Assembly: GCA_001770205.1 (NCBI GenBank)
Contig: MEQL01000035.1
Location: 62,001-126,000, forward strand
DNA from: Bdellovibrionales bacterium RIFOXYD12_FULL_39_22
Lineage (GTDB): Bacteria; Bdellovibrionota; Bacteriovoracia; Bacteriovoracales; Bacteriovoracaceae
DNA length: 64,000 nt
Reading direction: 5' to 3'
The translations under genes were made by a program, and so were the position numbers. The stretch's first letter is position 1. Every line of letters begins with the position of its first letter. Below the pieces are notes generated by a model. That model had not been told where the DNA came from. It did no database searches and saw only the letters and a list, made by a program, of their open reading frames with translations. This document shows, in pieces, positions 29,661-40,641 of the stretch.

Positions 29661-30395
29661 TCAAAAGTAGATTCCAAGGTCCAAGGCCATTGATAGCCAA
29701 GACATAACTATGCCATAATCTTTTTCACCAAACATAGAGGCCAGGTTATAGCTAAATTTGGCGCCAAAATGGTAAGTTCCAGAGAACCGTTTGTAGATAA
29801 TGTAGTCGGTTTTAAGTCCAGGCCCCCAGTAGGGAGTATGAGTTTGAGCATCAGAAAAATAGTGGCCGGCCAGAAAGGCCGAAACATTTTCAAAAATATT
29901 GTTAGAGTTAAGAACTGTTTGAACAAGCTTAAAACGATGAGTTAATCCAATACCAGCAGAGAAAAGTAGATCGGATCGATTTGGATCAGTAAAAGAGGTA
30001 GAGAGGGTGGCCAGATTTACTAGCGAAACAGCGGCAAAAAGTTCACGCTGTCCAACTTCTTGCTTGGTGGAGTGGGAAATTTCAAAACTCAAAAAATTTG
30101 TTAGGGAGAGAGGGTTGTGATTTCCATGCAGTGATATTGAGTAGCGATATTGGTCGGCGCTAGTATCGTAGAGGGCCTCATATCCCCCATCATTGTTGGC
30201 GGATTCTGAGATAACAGCATCATCTCGTTCAATATGTTCTTGTGTTGTTTTTTTGATCGAGCGAGAAAGAATATTTTTAGGGTTATTAGAGCTATAATCT
30301 TGGGCCAAGATAGTGGTATTAAGTATGGCCATGATTAGGACAATTATAAAGGAAATTAACGGATATCGGGATAGTTGGGAAAGTATAGCGCTCAT
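29661..30395 (-). CDS. Putative outer-membrane beta-barrel protein
   Basis: Signal-like N-terminus, amphipathic strands and C-terminal DLGIYF. Overlaps the stop of the TolC-like gene. Confidence 0.6.
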   Translation of the reverse strand: MSAILSQLSRYPLISFIIVLIMAILNTTILAQDYSSNNPKNILSRSIKKTTQEHIERDDAVISESANNDGGYEALYDTSADQYRYSISLHGNHNPLSLTNFLSFEISHSTKQEVGQRELFAAVSLVNLATLSTSFTDPNRSDLLFSAGIGLTHRFKLVQTVLNSNNIFENVSAFLAGHYFSDAQTHTPYWGPGLKTDYIIYKRFSGTYHFGAKFSYNLASMFGEKDYGIVMSWLSMALDLGIYF

Positions 30396-31879
30396 AGGTT
30401 ATCCTTTTCCTTTTCTATTTCTAAAAGTGCTAACTCTTCAAAGTTTTTTCCCGGCATATCATCCATGCCCATTTCTTCGGCCAGCATAATTTTATTTTTT
30501 AGATGCAAAAATTTATTTTGCACAAAGTTTATTTGTGAGGAGGTGTGGTTGTCTAGAGCATGCTTGAAGTCTAAAAAAATGGCCTTGCCATTCATGTAGC
30601 TATCGAGGGCCTCATCAACCAGTTTGCTGTCATTTTCAATGGACGCCGCCAGAATTTTTATCTGATCCTGATAATTTAAAACTTTACGATAGTATTGACG
30701 AGTTAAAGAGGAGGTTTGAACCTTGGACTGTTGCAATCTTTTTTCCGCAATATCTTTTTGCACTTTGGCAGTTTGTTGTAAGCGCCTATTTAAGAAACCA
30801 TTAACCCCCCATAGAGTCCAGGTGGCATTTACCGCGGCCACCAGGTCGAGACTATTGTTTCCCAACGTTCCACCGGTAGAGTACTTGGTAGAATTTATCC
30901 CCGTTCCTGCAACGTGAGAATATCCTCCCAGATTTAAGGAAAATTTGGGAAGAGGCATGTTATCTTTAAGGGCGATTTTATAGGCCCGAGACGAGATTTC
31001 CAGTTCGGTAGCAGCATCTAGGATGGAACTATTTTTCTCTAGGGCATATTGTAAAAGCTCAGAAAATTGATCATCTAAAGTTAGATAGGCCAATGTTTCT
31101 TTCAGTGTATAACGAGTTCCGATATCATTATTTAGCAGATTCGAGATCTCTTCATCGGCAATTTCTACATTTATTCGGGCCTGCTGATAAGATTGTTGAG
31201 CACGTAAATATTCGGAGCGCGCTTGATGATACTCCTCAATGCGCACTTTTTTTAATTCAACTTTTTGACGGTTAAGCTTGTATATAAAGGCCGCTTGGCG
31301 TAAATTTTCTTGCCATATTTTTTCTATTTCATGGATTTGCCATAGATTAAAAAAAGCGATGATCATTTGATGGCGAAAGGCCCTGCGATCTTCAATTATA
31401 CTATCTTTGCCGCGTTTGTAGGTTGTTTTGCTATTCAGGTAGGTCAGATAGTCTTTACCCCAATTGAAAACGGTATAATTATCAAATCCAATTCCCAGGT
31501 AACCCCCTGGATCAGAAGGTTGAGTTTCCCAGCGAGATAGATCAATAATGGGATGAGGGCCAGAGCTAAGATCAATTTTAAGACGTGGATACCAGAAGGA
31601 GTCATGGGCATTATCCATACTGATTTCCAAAAGAGAGCTTTGATATTCTCTTATAGTTTGGTCGAAGTTCTGTCTTAGTCCGGTCTCAATCATCTCGCGT
31701 AGTAAAATTGGCCGATAAGTTACTTCAAAATCACTGTCGCGCATTTTTTGTAGAACATCGTCTGAACGATCATGGCGTAGTTGTGCACTTTGTTCGTAGA
31801 TGCTCTCCAGTGATTGTTGAGCATCCGTCTTAAAAAATAGCAAAAATAGTAGAAATGATTTTATTAATTTGTTCCGCAT
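30392..31879 (-). CDS. TolC-family outer-membrane efflux protein
   Basis: Signal peptide and two repeats of long helices plus beta strands (YPRLKIDL, LPKFSLNL, ATWTLW, SYMNGKAIFLDF). Start taken as the ATG at 31879. Confidence 0.78.
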   Translation of the reverse strand: MRNKLIKSFLLFLLFFKTDAQQSLESIYEQSAQLRHDRSDDVLQKMRDSDFEVTYRPILLREMIETGLRQNFDQTIREYQSSLLEISMDNAHDSFWYPRLKIDLSSGPHPIIDLSRWETQPSDPGGYLGIGFDNYTVFNWGKDYLTYLNSKTTYKRGKDSIIEDRRAFRHQMIIAFFNLWQIHEIEKIWQENLRQAAFIYKLNRQKVELKKVRIEEYHQARSEYLRAQQSYQQARINVEIADEEISNLLNNDIGTRYTLKETLAYLTLDDQFSELLQYALEKNSSILDAATELEISSRAYKIALKDNMPLPKFSLNLGGYSHVAGTGINSTKYSTGGTLGNNSLDLVAAVNATWTLWGVNGFLNRRLQQTAKVQKDIAEKRLQQSKVQTSSLTRQYYRKVLNYQDQIKILAASIENDSKLVDEALDSYMNGKAIFLDFKHALDNHTSSQINFVQNKFLHLKNKIMLAEEMGMDDMPGKNFEELALLEIEKEKDNL

Positions 31880-31921
31880 AACTAAGAAAAGTATAGGTGG
31901 AGCTTTGAGGGTTGGCAATCC

Positions 31922-32326
31922 TTATAGTTTTAGGCCTGGACAACCACTTTTAAGTATCGTTTTTGTCAAAAGTTCGATGCGATTAGTAGTATAGCTATAT
32001 TCCCGTTGGAGAGAGTCATGGCTTAGTGCCGTTCGATTTTTTAGCGATTTTCTATTAGGAGAGATAGTTTTTTCTATACTTTTATTACGGTTAATTAATG
32101 CCCAGATTTTCTGTTTATGTTCAATTTTAAGCTCTCTAACTTTTAATAAATTTTGACACCGAGTACTTATGGAGGAATCCGTAATATCTGAACCCATTAG
32201 TTGCTCAATTGCTAGTGCCGGCCAGGAAGTTAGCAGGAGCAGGATGGCAACGGTGGCCAACTGGCGCGATGAAGTGATCCGTCTGCTATTTTTTACTGTT
32301 TTAAGGGCACTTTTTTTCTCTAACAT
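31922..32326 (-). CDS. Hypothetical secreted helical protein
   Basis: Hydrophobic signal-like segment, coiled-coil body and two Cys. Co-oriented with the TolC-like gene. Confidence 0.6.
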   Translation of the reverse strand: MLEKKSALKTVKNSRRITSSRQLATVAILLLLTSWPALAIEQLMGSDITDSSISTRCQNLLKVRELKIEHKQKIWALINRNKSIEKTISPNRKSLKNRTALSHDSLQREYSYTTNRIELLTKTILKSGCPGLKL

Positions 32327-32410
32327 TTACTTAAATGGTACCATAAGTTGAAAAAAATGTGCTACATTGTCCAAAATTACCCAGCTATAAATCGAGGATT
32401 TTAATTTGAT

Positions 32411-33172
32411 ATGTCTCATAACGATGTTTTGATTTTAATTCCGGCCCGTTTTGCCTCTTCGCGCTTTCCCGGTAAGCCACTGCATGAGATTCGTGGCAAA
32501 AGCATGATCCAGCGAGTCTATGAAAACTGTCTTGATTCAAAAGCTCAAGTTTTCGTGGTTACCGATGATGACAAAATTGAAAATCATGTGAAAAATTTTG
32601 GGGGAGCGGTAGTACGGATAGATGATGACGTTAGTTCTGGAAGCGAGCGTATCTATTTGGCGTATCAACGTTATTTTGCCGACAAGAATTTTTCACTGGT
32701 TGTTAACGTTCAAGGTGATGAACCACTGCTAACAGGAGCAGAACTGGCCAAGCTCTTTGCCTTTCAGAAAAAATCTTCTTTTGCGATTTGTACTATGGTT
32801 AAGAGGCAGTATGGTTTTTCTGATGATTTTCATTCTCCGGATCGCGTTAAGGCCATCTATTTTGAACGATCTGGAAGTTGTGCTTATTTTTCTAGGGCCC
32901 CTATTCCTTATTCTCGTCTTGTTGATTTGGCCATTGCTGAAGAGCAGTGGTTTTTACACATCGGCGTTTATGCTTATCGGCCAGAGAGCTTGGCCAAATT
33001 TTATTCGGCCAATCCCTCGTATTACGAGCACCATGAAAAACTAGAGCAATTGCGGGCCTTGGATGTTGGCCTATCCATAGGTGCTATTGAAACAAAATTA
33101 AATTTGATAGGAGTCGATTCTCCGGCAGATATAAAAAAAGTGGAGGGAGTTCTTTGTGAGCAAGAAAAATAA
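32411..33172 (+). CDS. kdsB: 3-deoxy-manno-octulosonate cytidylyltransferase
   Basis: Motifs [38 protein letters not shown] and EKLEQLRAL. Confidence 0.96.
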   Translation: MSHNDVLILIPARFASSRFPGKPLHEIRGKSMIQRVYENCLDSKAQVFVVTDDDKIENHVKNFGGAVVRIDDDVSSGSERIYLAYQRYFADKNFSLVVNVQGDEPLLTGAELAKLFAFQKKSSFAICTMVKRQYGFSDDFHSPDRVKAIYFERSGSCAYFSRAPIPYSRLVDLAIAEEQWFLHIGVYAYRPESLAKFYSANPSYYEHHEKLEQLRALDVGLSIGAIETKLNLIGVDSPADIKKVEGVLCEQEK

Positions 33173-34784
33173 CAAGAAATTTATCTTTATCACTGGAGGA
33201 GTGGCCAGCTCACTAGGCAAAGGACTGGCCGCGGCCAGTATTGCGGCATTGCTAGAACGACGAGGCATAAAGATTAATTTACTAAAAATGGACCCATATA
33301 TTAACGTTGATCCCGGAACGATGAGTCCCATTCAGCATGGAGAAGTTTTTGTGACCGATGACGGAGCAGAGACTGATTTAGATTTGGGCCACTATGAGCG
33401 TTTTACCTCATTAACGCTTTCTCGTGATAGTAATTTTACTACTGGCAAAGTTTATCTGCGGGTTATTGAAAATGAGCGGGAAGGAAAATATTTAGGCAAA
33501 ACGGTACAAGTTGTACCCCATATTACCGATGAAATTAAGCGGCGTATTCACTTGGCCGCAGAGAATGCTGATTTGCTAATTGGAGAAATTGGAGGGACGG
33601 TTGGGGATATTGAATCCTTGCCGTTTTTAGAGGCCATTCGACAGCTCTCCACTGATGTAGGATCTGGGAATGTTCTTTTCATTCATTTGGTTTTATTGCC
33701 ATACATTGCAGTGGCCGGAGAAGTTAAAACGAAGCCCGCTCAACACTCGGTTAAAGAGTTGCGCTCGTTGGGCCTTTTTCCGCAAATGATTATTTGTCGT
33801 TCAGATCGTGACCTAGATGCCTCCGTTTTAGAAAAGCTTTCACTTTTTTGCAATGTTCCTAAAGATCATGTTTTTCACTCCATTGATGTTGATTCGATTT
33901 ATAAGGTTCCACTTTCTTTTCATAAGCAAGGTTTAGATGAAAAGATTGCGGAGCTTTTGGGGATTTGGACTGGGCGACCGAATATCTCTGATTTGGAACA
34001 GGTAATTTTTAATGTCGAAAATCCCGTTGCTACAGTTAGAATTGGGATCGTAGGAAAATATACCGATTTAATTGAATCATATAAATCGCTAGATGAGGCC
34101 CTTAAGCATGGGGCCATTGCCAATAGGGTGAAACTTGATTTGATCTATATCGATGCTGAAAAAATTGAAGAGTTGTCTGAGGATGCGATCAACAAAGTAT
34201 TTGCCAACGTTAATGGAATTTTAATTCCAGGAGGTTTTGGCAAGAGGGGAGTGGAAGGAAAAATTCGTGCAATCGAACATGCTCGAACCCACAAAGTTCC
34301 CTTCTTTGGAATTTGTCTCGGATTGCAGTTGGCCATTGTTGAATTTGCTCGCAATGTTGTTGGCATTAAGGATGCGACTTCCGAGGAATTTGAAAGTCCC
34401 GGAACATTTGTTATCCACTATATGGCCGGTCAAAGTCGAGATGGTAGCAAGGGGGGGAGTATGCGCTTGGGGGCCTATGAATGTAGTTTGGCCAACAACT
34501 CCCTGGCATGCGAAATTTATCATGATCTAAAAATTTCGGAGCGTCATCGTCATCGTCTAGAAGTTAATAACGACTACATTGAAAAATTGCAGAGCGCAGG
34601 AATGGTTATCTCTGGGAAAAATGATAAATTGGGATTGGTCGAAGTGATAGAGTTAAAAGAACACCCCTATTTTATTGCCTGCCAATATCATCCAGAATTT
34701 AAGTCACGTCCTTATTCACCTCACCCGTTATTTAGAACTTTTATTAGTGCTGCCTATGCGATGGCCTCCAGGAAAAAAGCGTGA
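33156..34784 (+). CDS. pyrG: CTP synthase
   Basis: Motifs [35 protein letters not shown] and QYHPEF. Confidence 0.98.
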   Translation: MSKKNNKKFIFITGGVASSLGKGLAAASIAALLERRGIKINLLKMDPYINVDPGTMSPIQHGEVFVTDDGAETDLDLGHYERFTSLTLSRDSNFTTGKVYLRVIENEREGKYLGKTVQVVPHITDEIKRRIHLAAENADLLIGEIGGTVGDIESLPFLEAIRQLSTDVGSGNVLFIHLVLLPYIAVAGEVKTKPAQHSVKELRSLGLFPQMIICRSDRDLDASVLEKLSLFCNVPKDHVFHSIDVDSIYKVPLSFHKQGLDEKIAELLGIWTGRPNISDLEQVIFNVENPVATVRIGIVGKYTDLIESYKSLDEALKHGAIANRVKLDLIYIDAEKIEELSEDAINKVFANVNGILIPGGFGKRGVEGKIRAIEHARTHKVPFFGICLGLQLAIVEFARNVVGIKDATSEEFESPGTFVIHYMAGQSRDGSKGGSMRLGAYECSLANNSLACEIYHDLKISERHRHRLEVNNDYIEKLQSAGMVISGKNDKLGLVEVIELKEHPYFIACQYHPEFKSRPYSPHPLFRTFISAAYAMASRKKA

Positions 34785-35578
34785 AAAGGAAATTGGATTT
34801 TTACATTGGCCCTTGTGTGTTGGAGTCTGAGCAACTGGCCTTGCTTATTGCTAATAGAATAAAGAAAGAGTTGGCCCATTTAGAAAAAAAAATAACGATT
34901 ACCTTCAAAGGGAGTTTTGATAAGGCCAATCGCACTTCGATCAATTCTAAGCGTGGGCCAGGAATAGATGAAGGACTAAAAATTTTAGAAAGAGTAAAAA
35001 ATGATTTTTCCCTTCCAGTGGTAACTGATTTTCATCATCCTGAGCAGGCAATGGCCGTGGCCTCGGTTGTTGATGTTCTGCAAATTCCAGCTTTTTTGTC
35101 TCGACAGACTGATATGATCGTGGCCGGAGGGGCGGCGGCCGCTAAATATGGCCGAGAACTTAAGATAAAGAAGGGGCAGTTTTTGGCACCCCATGATGCC
35201 AAAAATATTGTGGAGAAAGCGCAAAGTTTTTTACCCCTCTCTAAAATTATTTTAACCGAACGGGGAGTATCTTTTGGTTATAATAATCTTATAGTCGATA
35301 TGTCCTCTTTTCAAATTATGAAAAGTTTTGGTGTGCGCGCAGTGTACGATGCCACTCACTCTATTCAGATGCCTGGTGGCAATGGTTGCTATACTGGTGG
35401 AAAGCGCGATCAATTGCAGGTTTTAGCGCAAGCAGCAGTGGCCGCCGGTGCCGATGGAGTTTTTATCGAGACACATCCAGATCCGGCCAATGCTTTTTCT
35501 GATTCAGCAACTTGCTTACACTTAGATAGTGTGCGGCCACTAGTGGAGAAATTACTTTCCATTTACGAAGTATTATAG
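34781..35578 (+). CDS. kdsA: KDO-8-phosphate synthase
   Basis: Motifs [32 protein letters not shown] and DATHSIQ. Confidence 0.96.
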   Translation: MKRKLDFYIGPCVLESEQLALLIANRIKKELAHLEKKITITFKGSFDKANRTSINSKRGPGIDEGLKILERVKNDFSLPVVTDFHHPEQAMAVASVVDVLQIPAFLSRQTDMIVAGGAAAAKYGRELKIKKGQFLAPHDAKNIVEKAQSFLPLSKIILTERGVSFGYNNLIVDMSSFQIMKSFGVRAVYDATHSIQMPGGNGCYTGGKRDQLQVLAQAAVAAGADGVFIETHPDPANAFSDSATCLHLDSVRPLVEKLLSIYEVL

Positions 35579-36168
35579 TGGTTGGCGAGGAAATGGTGAG
35601 CACAATGACAAAAGAGAAAGAAAAAGTGAGAGATTTGAAGAAAGTCTCTTTGAAATTTTCAAAGGCCTTGAAGCATATCAAAGTGTTGCTGTTTGATGTT
35701 GATGGTGTGTTGACTAATGGACTTATCTATTATGATGGTGCGGAGGTTGGCTTTAATCGCTATTTCCATGCCCATGATGGATACGGTATTAAGATGATGC
35801 GAGAAGCGGGCCTACGGGTTGGAATTGTCTCGGGTGGCCATAGCGTTGGCCTTTTGAAGCGAGCAGAATATTTAAAGCTAGATTACTGTTTTACGGGAAA
35901 CGAAGACAAACGAGTGGCCTTTTTGCAAGTGATGAAAGATGGCTTCGCTCCAGAGCAGATTTTGTATTTTGGCGATGAAATTTTCGATATTCCGCTAATG
36001 AAGAAGGCCGGCTTTTCTGCCACTACTCCGCAGGCACCACTAGAAGTAAAAGAAGTTGCTGACTATGTTACAGAAAAAAATGGAGGAGAGGGGGCCGCGC
36101 GAGAGGTCATTGATCTTTTGCGATATGCACAAAAAATTACTCCCCAGATTTTAGATTTTTCTTCGTGA
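35578..36168 (+). CDS. kdsC: KDO-8-phosphate phosphatase (HAD family)
   Basis: Motifs FDVDGVLT, DGYGI, GDEIFD and GGEGAARE. Start may instead be 35593 or 35605. Confidence 0.92.
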   Translation: MVGEEMVSTMTKEKEKVRDLKKVSLKFSKALKHIKVLLFDVDGVLTNGLIYYDGAEVGFNRYFHAHDGYGIKMMREAGLRVGIVSGGHSVGLLKRAEYLKLDYCFTGNEDKRVAFLQVMKDGFAPEQILYFGDEIFDIPLMKKAGFSATTPQAPLEVKEVADYVTEKNGGEGAAREVIDLLRYAQKITPQILDFSS

Positions 36169-36184
36169 GCTTATAGGGGTAGAT

Positions 36185-36445
36185 ATGAGCGAGCAGTTGG
36201 ATAAGTTAAAAGAGCTATTAGATCAAGAGTATAATTGGCCGGCGGAATATAAATTTAAATTTATTTTACCTCACTGCAAACTTTCTGAACTAATTGCCAT
36301 CATCGGCGAAGAGGGGATTAGCTGTCGCTTATCTGGAAATGGAAAATATGTTAGCGTGACATTAGTTCGTCAGCTGCTTTCTGGAGGAGAGGTGGTGATG
36401 ATTTATAAGAGTGTTCAGAAAATCGAAGGTATTTTAACTTTTTAA
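36185..36445 (+). CDS. DUF493/YbeD-like protein
   Basis: Pattern WPAEYKFKFI...SGNGKYVSVT...IY. Confidence 0.8.
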   Translation: MSEQLDKLKELLDQEYNWPAEYKFKFILPHCKLSELIAIIGEEGISCRLSGNGKYVSVTLVRQLLSGGEVVMIYKSVQKIEGILTF

Positions 36446-36481
36446 TTGTTCTAATCTCTCATGGGAATAGGATCATAGTCT

Positions 36482-37531
36482 ATGAGTATTATTAATTCTC
36501 AATTGCCATATAAAAAGGCGTTGGTCATTGGAGGTGGCGCTTTTGGAACCTCTATTGCTGCTGTTTTGGCCAATAAGTTTGAAGAAGTTATTATTAAAGT
36601 GCGCGATGAGAATTTGTGTACCAGTATAAATCAGAATAGAGAAAATCAAAAATATCTACCGGGGAAAAAGTTGTCAGAAAATTTGCGTGCGGCAACGAAG
36701 TGGAGTGAACTTTTGCCTGAATTTCGAGAACAGGTGGAGATAATAATTTTTGCTCTACCAACAACGGCAATTACTGAATTTCTTTATGATAATTTTTTTG
36801 AACTAGGAAAGTTTCTTGAAAAAGGAATTCCAATTGTTTCTTTGGCCAAAGGCATTGATCCTGCGACGTTAGAATTTCCTGATGATCTTTATTTTAATTA
36901 TTTTCCAGAATATAGTGATCAATTTCTTTTTTTATCTGGGCCTTCTTTTGCTAATGAAATTATGGATGAACATATAACCGTGGTCTCTTTGGCCGGCCGC
37001 TCAAAGCGAGATTTGGAAAAAGTTGCAGATATGTTGCATACCAACTATTTTAAAGTGTTGACCAGTTATGATGTAAAAGGTGTCTTGTTGGGAGGGGCCT
37101 TAAAAAATGTTTTGGCCATTGCCGCGGGTATTATTCAAGGCCTTGGTTATAACCACAATACTCGCGCTGCAATGCTAACTCGTGGGATTGCGGAGATGTT
37201 ACGCTTTGGAAAAGTATTTAATGCGCGGCCAGAAACTTTTTATGGCCTTAGTGGAATGGGAGATTTGATTTTATCTACCACCGGTGATTTGAGTAGAAAT
37301 AAAAAATTTGGAATAGAGATTGCCAAAGGAAGAACGGCGCAACAAATCTTAAACGAGGATGGATATTTGGTAGAAGGCCATAAAACTGCTAAGGCCGCCT
37401 ATTATATATCAGAAAAGTATGATGTGCGCGCCCAGATTTTTACTGGAACCTATCGCACTTTATATGAGCACGAAGATCCGCGCGCGGTAATTGCTCAAAT
37501 TATGCAGTCACCATCTAAATTTGAATTTTAA
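36482..37531 (+). CDS. gpsA: NAD(P)H-dependent glycerol-3-phosphate dehydrogenase
   Basis: Motifs GGGAFGT, AKGI, LSGPSFA, GGALKNVLAIAAG, GLSGMGDL and SRN. Confidence 0.95.
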   Translation: MSIINSQLPYKKALVIGGGAFGTSIAAVLANKFEEVIIKVRDENLCTSINQNRENQKYLPGKKLSENLRAATKWSELLPEFREQVEIIIFALPTTAITEFLYDNFFELGKFLEKGIPIVSLAKGIDPATLEFPDDLYFNYFPEYSDQFLFLSGPSFANEIMDEHITVVSLAGRSKRDLEKVADMLHTNYFKVLTSYDVKGVLLGGALKNVLAIAAGIIQGLGYNHNTRAAMLTRGIAEMLRFGKVFNARPETFYGLSGMGDLILSTTGDLSRNKKFGIEIAKGRTAQQILNEDGYLVEGHKTAKAAYYISEKYDVRAQIFTGTYRTLYEHEDPRAVIAQIMQSPSKFEF

Positions 37532-38808
37532 TCGACACTGATGGCGACAGAAACATCTTCTTCTTCCATGTTATCCCAAACGGAGTAAAACTTGTGTGAG
37601 GTATACTCAAATTGATTCATGCCTCCGAGGATGTCGAAGATGGAATTTACCATTGCGTTTTGGAGGGCGCGAGAAGCGGAGACGCGACGTGTTTGGTTGA
37701 ATATTCCAAAATATTCTAGCCCTGAATTGGTGTTGAGTGCCCCGGCCAAAGTAGAGGTGTGATGAAGAGTTCCCGTTTTGGCCACCATCGTATCGCTGAT
37801 TTTTTTTCCAATAAAGCGGTTGCGAAAAGTGCCGCCATCACTACCGGGCACGGCCATAACGTCTTGTAGTTCGAGTTGATGTTTTTGTACCTCGTCATGA
37901 AGACTGGCAAGTACATTGAGAGTTGCTGCACAGGTGGAATAATTATCAAAGCGGGCACCATCATCTCGACTGTCTAGGCCAGAACCGGTGGACAGTAAGG
38001 CCACATCGCTATCAATGGCCAGTGTTTGTAATAACATTTCGGTCATGGCCTCTTGTCCTCCAACAAAGTCGAAAATTGTATCGGCAATAAAATTATCAGA
38101 AACGACGTTCATTTCTTTTAGGTAGATATATAGAGGAGGCGATTTTAAAGTATACATTTGAGTGGAAGGTGAGAGTTCAAAGGGGACAGTTTCTGAATAG
38201 AGAATCGAGCGCACGGTAAGGCGAACATTTTTTTCCCAGCGCGCCAAGCGGTCGGGCCCAGAAAAAGCATTCAAAGCACGTTGATAATTGCGTCGCCAAG
38301 TATTGCCCCAATTTTTAGTATTAAGCATTTTCTGTAAGTGCCACTTGGTTTGGGAATTAGCTTTTTTAGTTTCATAGATAAAAAATGATTTAGAAAAAGA
38401 AAGTTGATCTATATCATAAATTCCTAGTCTATTAAGTTCGGAAACAATAAATTGCAATTTTAATCCATCAACGTAGGGGTCGCTGCCTCCGGTAATATGT
38501 ACTTTCCCTCCATCAATATATATTTGGCCTTCGAATTGGTAGTGGGGGCCAAGTTTTTGGACGGCAAGCAAAGTAGTATAAATTTTCGATACTGAGGCCA
38601 GGCGAATTTTTATATCAGAGTTAACGCCTGAGATGTCTTCATCCTCCCCCATATAACAGTAGGCCTGCTCCGAGGTCGGAGTAATCTGCCATTTTTTTAA
38701 CATGCGCTCCCAGACGTTGTCAGCGGCCAGAAGTTGGCCGCTGGAAAACGTAAGCAGCGCGAGAAAGAAAAAGGCATAGCGCAAAAAGTTTTTTAATCGT
38801 TGGTTCAT
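37528..38808 (-). CDS. dacB: D-Ala-D-Ala carboxypeptidase/endopeptidase (PBP4/DacB, peptidase S13), secreted
   Basis: SxxK (ASVSK), GGSDP, SxN (SDNF) and KTGT motifs. Signal peptide starts at MNQRLKNF. Confidence 0.9.
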   Translation of the reverse strand: MNQRLKNFLRYAFFFLALLTFSSGQLLAADNVWERMLKKWQITPTSEQAYCYMGEDEDISGVNSDIKIRLASVSKIYTTLLAVQKLGPHYQFEGQIYIDGGKVHITGGSDPYVDGLKLQFIVSELNRLGIYDIDQLSFSKSFFIYETKKANSQTKWHLQKMLNTKNWGNTWRRNYQRALNAFSGPDRLARWEKNVRLTVRSILYSETVPFELSPSTQMYTLKSPPLYIYLKEMNVVSDNFIADTIFDFVGGQEAMTEMLLQTLAIDSDVALLSTGSGLDSRDDGARFDNYSTCAATLNVLASLHDEVQKHQLELQDVMAVPGSDGGTFRNRFIGKKISDTMVAKTGTLHHTSTLAGALNTNSGLEYFGIFNQTRRVSASRALQNAMVNSIFDILGGMNQFEYTSHKFYSVWDNMEEEDVSVAISVD

Positions 38809-38856
38809 ACACTTACTTGGCAAAAGTTGCTAACAAAGGCATACAAGAACAAGTGC

Positions 38857-40317
38857 TTAATTCCAATCGCTATCAGTATCGGAAATTGGCCTGCTAGGGC
38901 CCGATCCACCGCTACTTTGTGAGGTGTTGCGCTCACCATTTCTAATGTAATCATCGCAAGAACTGGCATGAATTACCATGTAACTTGGCACTAGTTCATC
39001 CGCTTTCCCGGCCACTTTGAGGGATTCTGGATGACGGTATTGACAGACAACACCAGCATCAGCAAAGAATACCCCGTGCAGATTTTTTTCATTAACTTTA
39101 TAGATATTGGATGAGGAGCCAAAGAAAAATCCAGTTCCGGAATATGTAACAGGATTTGGATAGGTGTCTAAAATATAAGTTCCTTGTTCTAAAATTTCGG
39201 AAGAGGAAACTCCTAAAGCGCGTACGCTGTCCGCATCGGCCTTTTGTCCATCAATACGGACTCCATTTTTTGTTAAAATATATTCCCATGATCGTTGTTT
39301 GACTGGATACAATTCTTTAAGGGCCGCCTCGCTGTATAGGTTAGTTTCTTTGGCGTAGATTTTAATTACAGGGGTTCCGACCTCTAAGATTTGTCGTAAG
39401 AATGCAATCGTTTGATTGTCAGTACGCGAACAACCATGACTTCTAGGATCACTAAAGACGTTTACAAAAAAACCTTTGGTTTTGTTAATAAACCCCTTAC
39501 TCTCTTCTCCCCAGCCGATAGTTCCATGCATCCATTGACTCATTGGGTTTGGCGCCATTAGAGCAGTATACCAACCAAAGGCCCCGCGCATTCCAGAAGA
39601 TTGTCCGGCACGTAGATAGGATGAACTCAACCAGCTAGAGATTCCGCTCCCTTTGGCCGGAGGATACGCTTTAGGAAGAGAAGGATCGTACCAAGATGGA
39701 TAGTTTCCAGCTTGATCTTGATAGAATTTTTTCCACTCACGAATGTAATAGCTTCCTAAAAAAGTTCGTCGTTCTGGGTCATCCTCTCCTGCTGCAATTG
39801 TCGCTTCTAGTACTAATTTATTCTCAAGACAACTACCATCTGGGCAGGTGCGTTCATAAACGCGTAATCGCTCAGTCGCAATATTCTGGATGATGATATA
39901 GCGACTGCTAGTATTAGCACCACCGGATGGTTTACTTTCTAAGTATTTGTAACTGACGTAGTAGTGATCAGATACTGCAATTTTTTCTGCACTGGCCACA
40001 ATTTCCACTTCCACAAATTCTTTTGCTAGCGAAGAGCTATTGTTTACAACGGATACTTTGTCTCCTTTATGTAGACGGCCTAGAATATTGCTTTCAACAA
40101 TTTCGTCGGAAGAGCGCACATATAATGTTTCGGTGACAATATAAAAAGTTTTTCCTACTACCGCACTGGCGCGATCGACAAGGTCTCCAGACATCACTTC
40201 TTCATCAGGATCTCCAGTATGAGGATAATTATTTTTTGCGCTGTTACCGCAAGCAGAAAGTAGCAGCAAAGTGGTAAGAAGCATGGCCAATTTTGCTAGT
40301 GAAATTTTGGAAAACAT
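38857..40317 (-). CDS. Lipoprotein L,D-transpeptidase (YkuD family) with an N-terminal SH3b domain
   Basis: Lipobox LLLSA-C, SH3b-like LYVRSS...GRLHKGDKV, and catalytic WMHGT...SHGCSR. Confidence 0.87.
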   Translation of the reverse strand: MFSKISLAKLAMLLTTLLLLSACGNSAKNNYPHTGDPDEEVMSGDLVDRASAVVGKTFYIVTETLYVRSSDEIVESNILGRLHKGDKVSVVNNSSSLAKEFVEVEIVASAEKIAVSDHYYVSYKYLESKPSGGANTSSRYIIIQNIATERLRVYERTCPDGSCLENKLVLEATIAAGEDDPERRTFLGSYYIREWKKFYQDQAGNYPSWYDPSLPKAYPPAKGSGISSWLSSSYLRAGQSSGMRGAFGWYTALMAPNPMSQWMHGTIGWGEESKGFINKTKGFFVNVFSDPRSHGCSRTDNQTIAFLRQILEVGTPVIKIYAKETNLYSEAALKELYPVKQRSWEYILTKNGVRIDGQKADADSVRALGVSSSEILEQGTYILDTYPNPVTYSGTGFFFGSSSNIYKVNEKNLHGVFFADAGVVCQYRHPESLKVAGKADELVPSYMVIHASSCDDYIRNGERNTSQSSGGSGPSRPISDTDSDWN

Positions 40318-40427
40318 AAATACTCCTTTGTTTTTTAGCGAAGATCATCGTTTTAAGCTTCAGTTAAACATTTTACACAAAAGATAGCATGTTGATGGCG
40401 CTATGCAGCATTCTTTTTTGCGCTATG

Positions 40428-40557
40428 TGTAAAAGTTACAAGAGAGTTACAAATTTTCGTCACTAGCTGGCCGAGATATGCATATGTATTCAATGATTAT
40501 GTGTTGTAAAATCAAATAGTTGTCTGTGTAATGATGTTTATAATGGTAAAACTTACA
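40428..40557. promoter_or_regulatory. Repeated TGTAA/TTACA operator-like sites in a divergent intergenic region
   Basis: TGTAA-AAG-TTACA (40428-40440) and GGTAA-AAC-TTACA (40545-40557), with extra half-sites near 40446, 40505 and 40527. Confidence 0.4.
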
Positions 40558-40641
40558 AGGCTGGCAATAAGATATTTTGCACTGCGCAATACAGTGCTAT
40601 TATCGAAATGAGAATATTTGGATTTACTAAGGAGAGTTACA

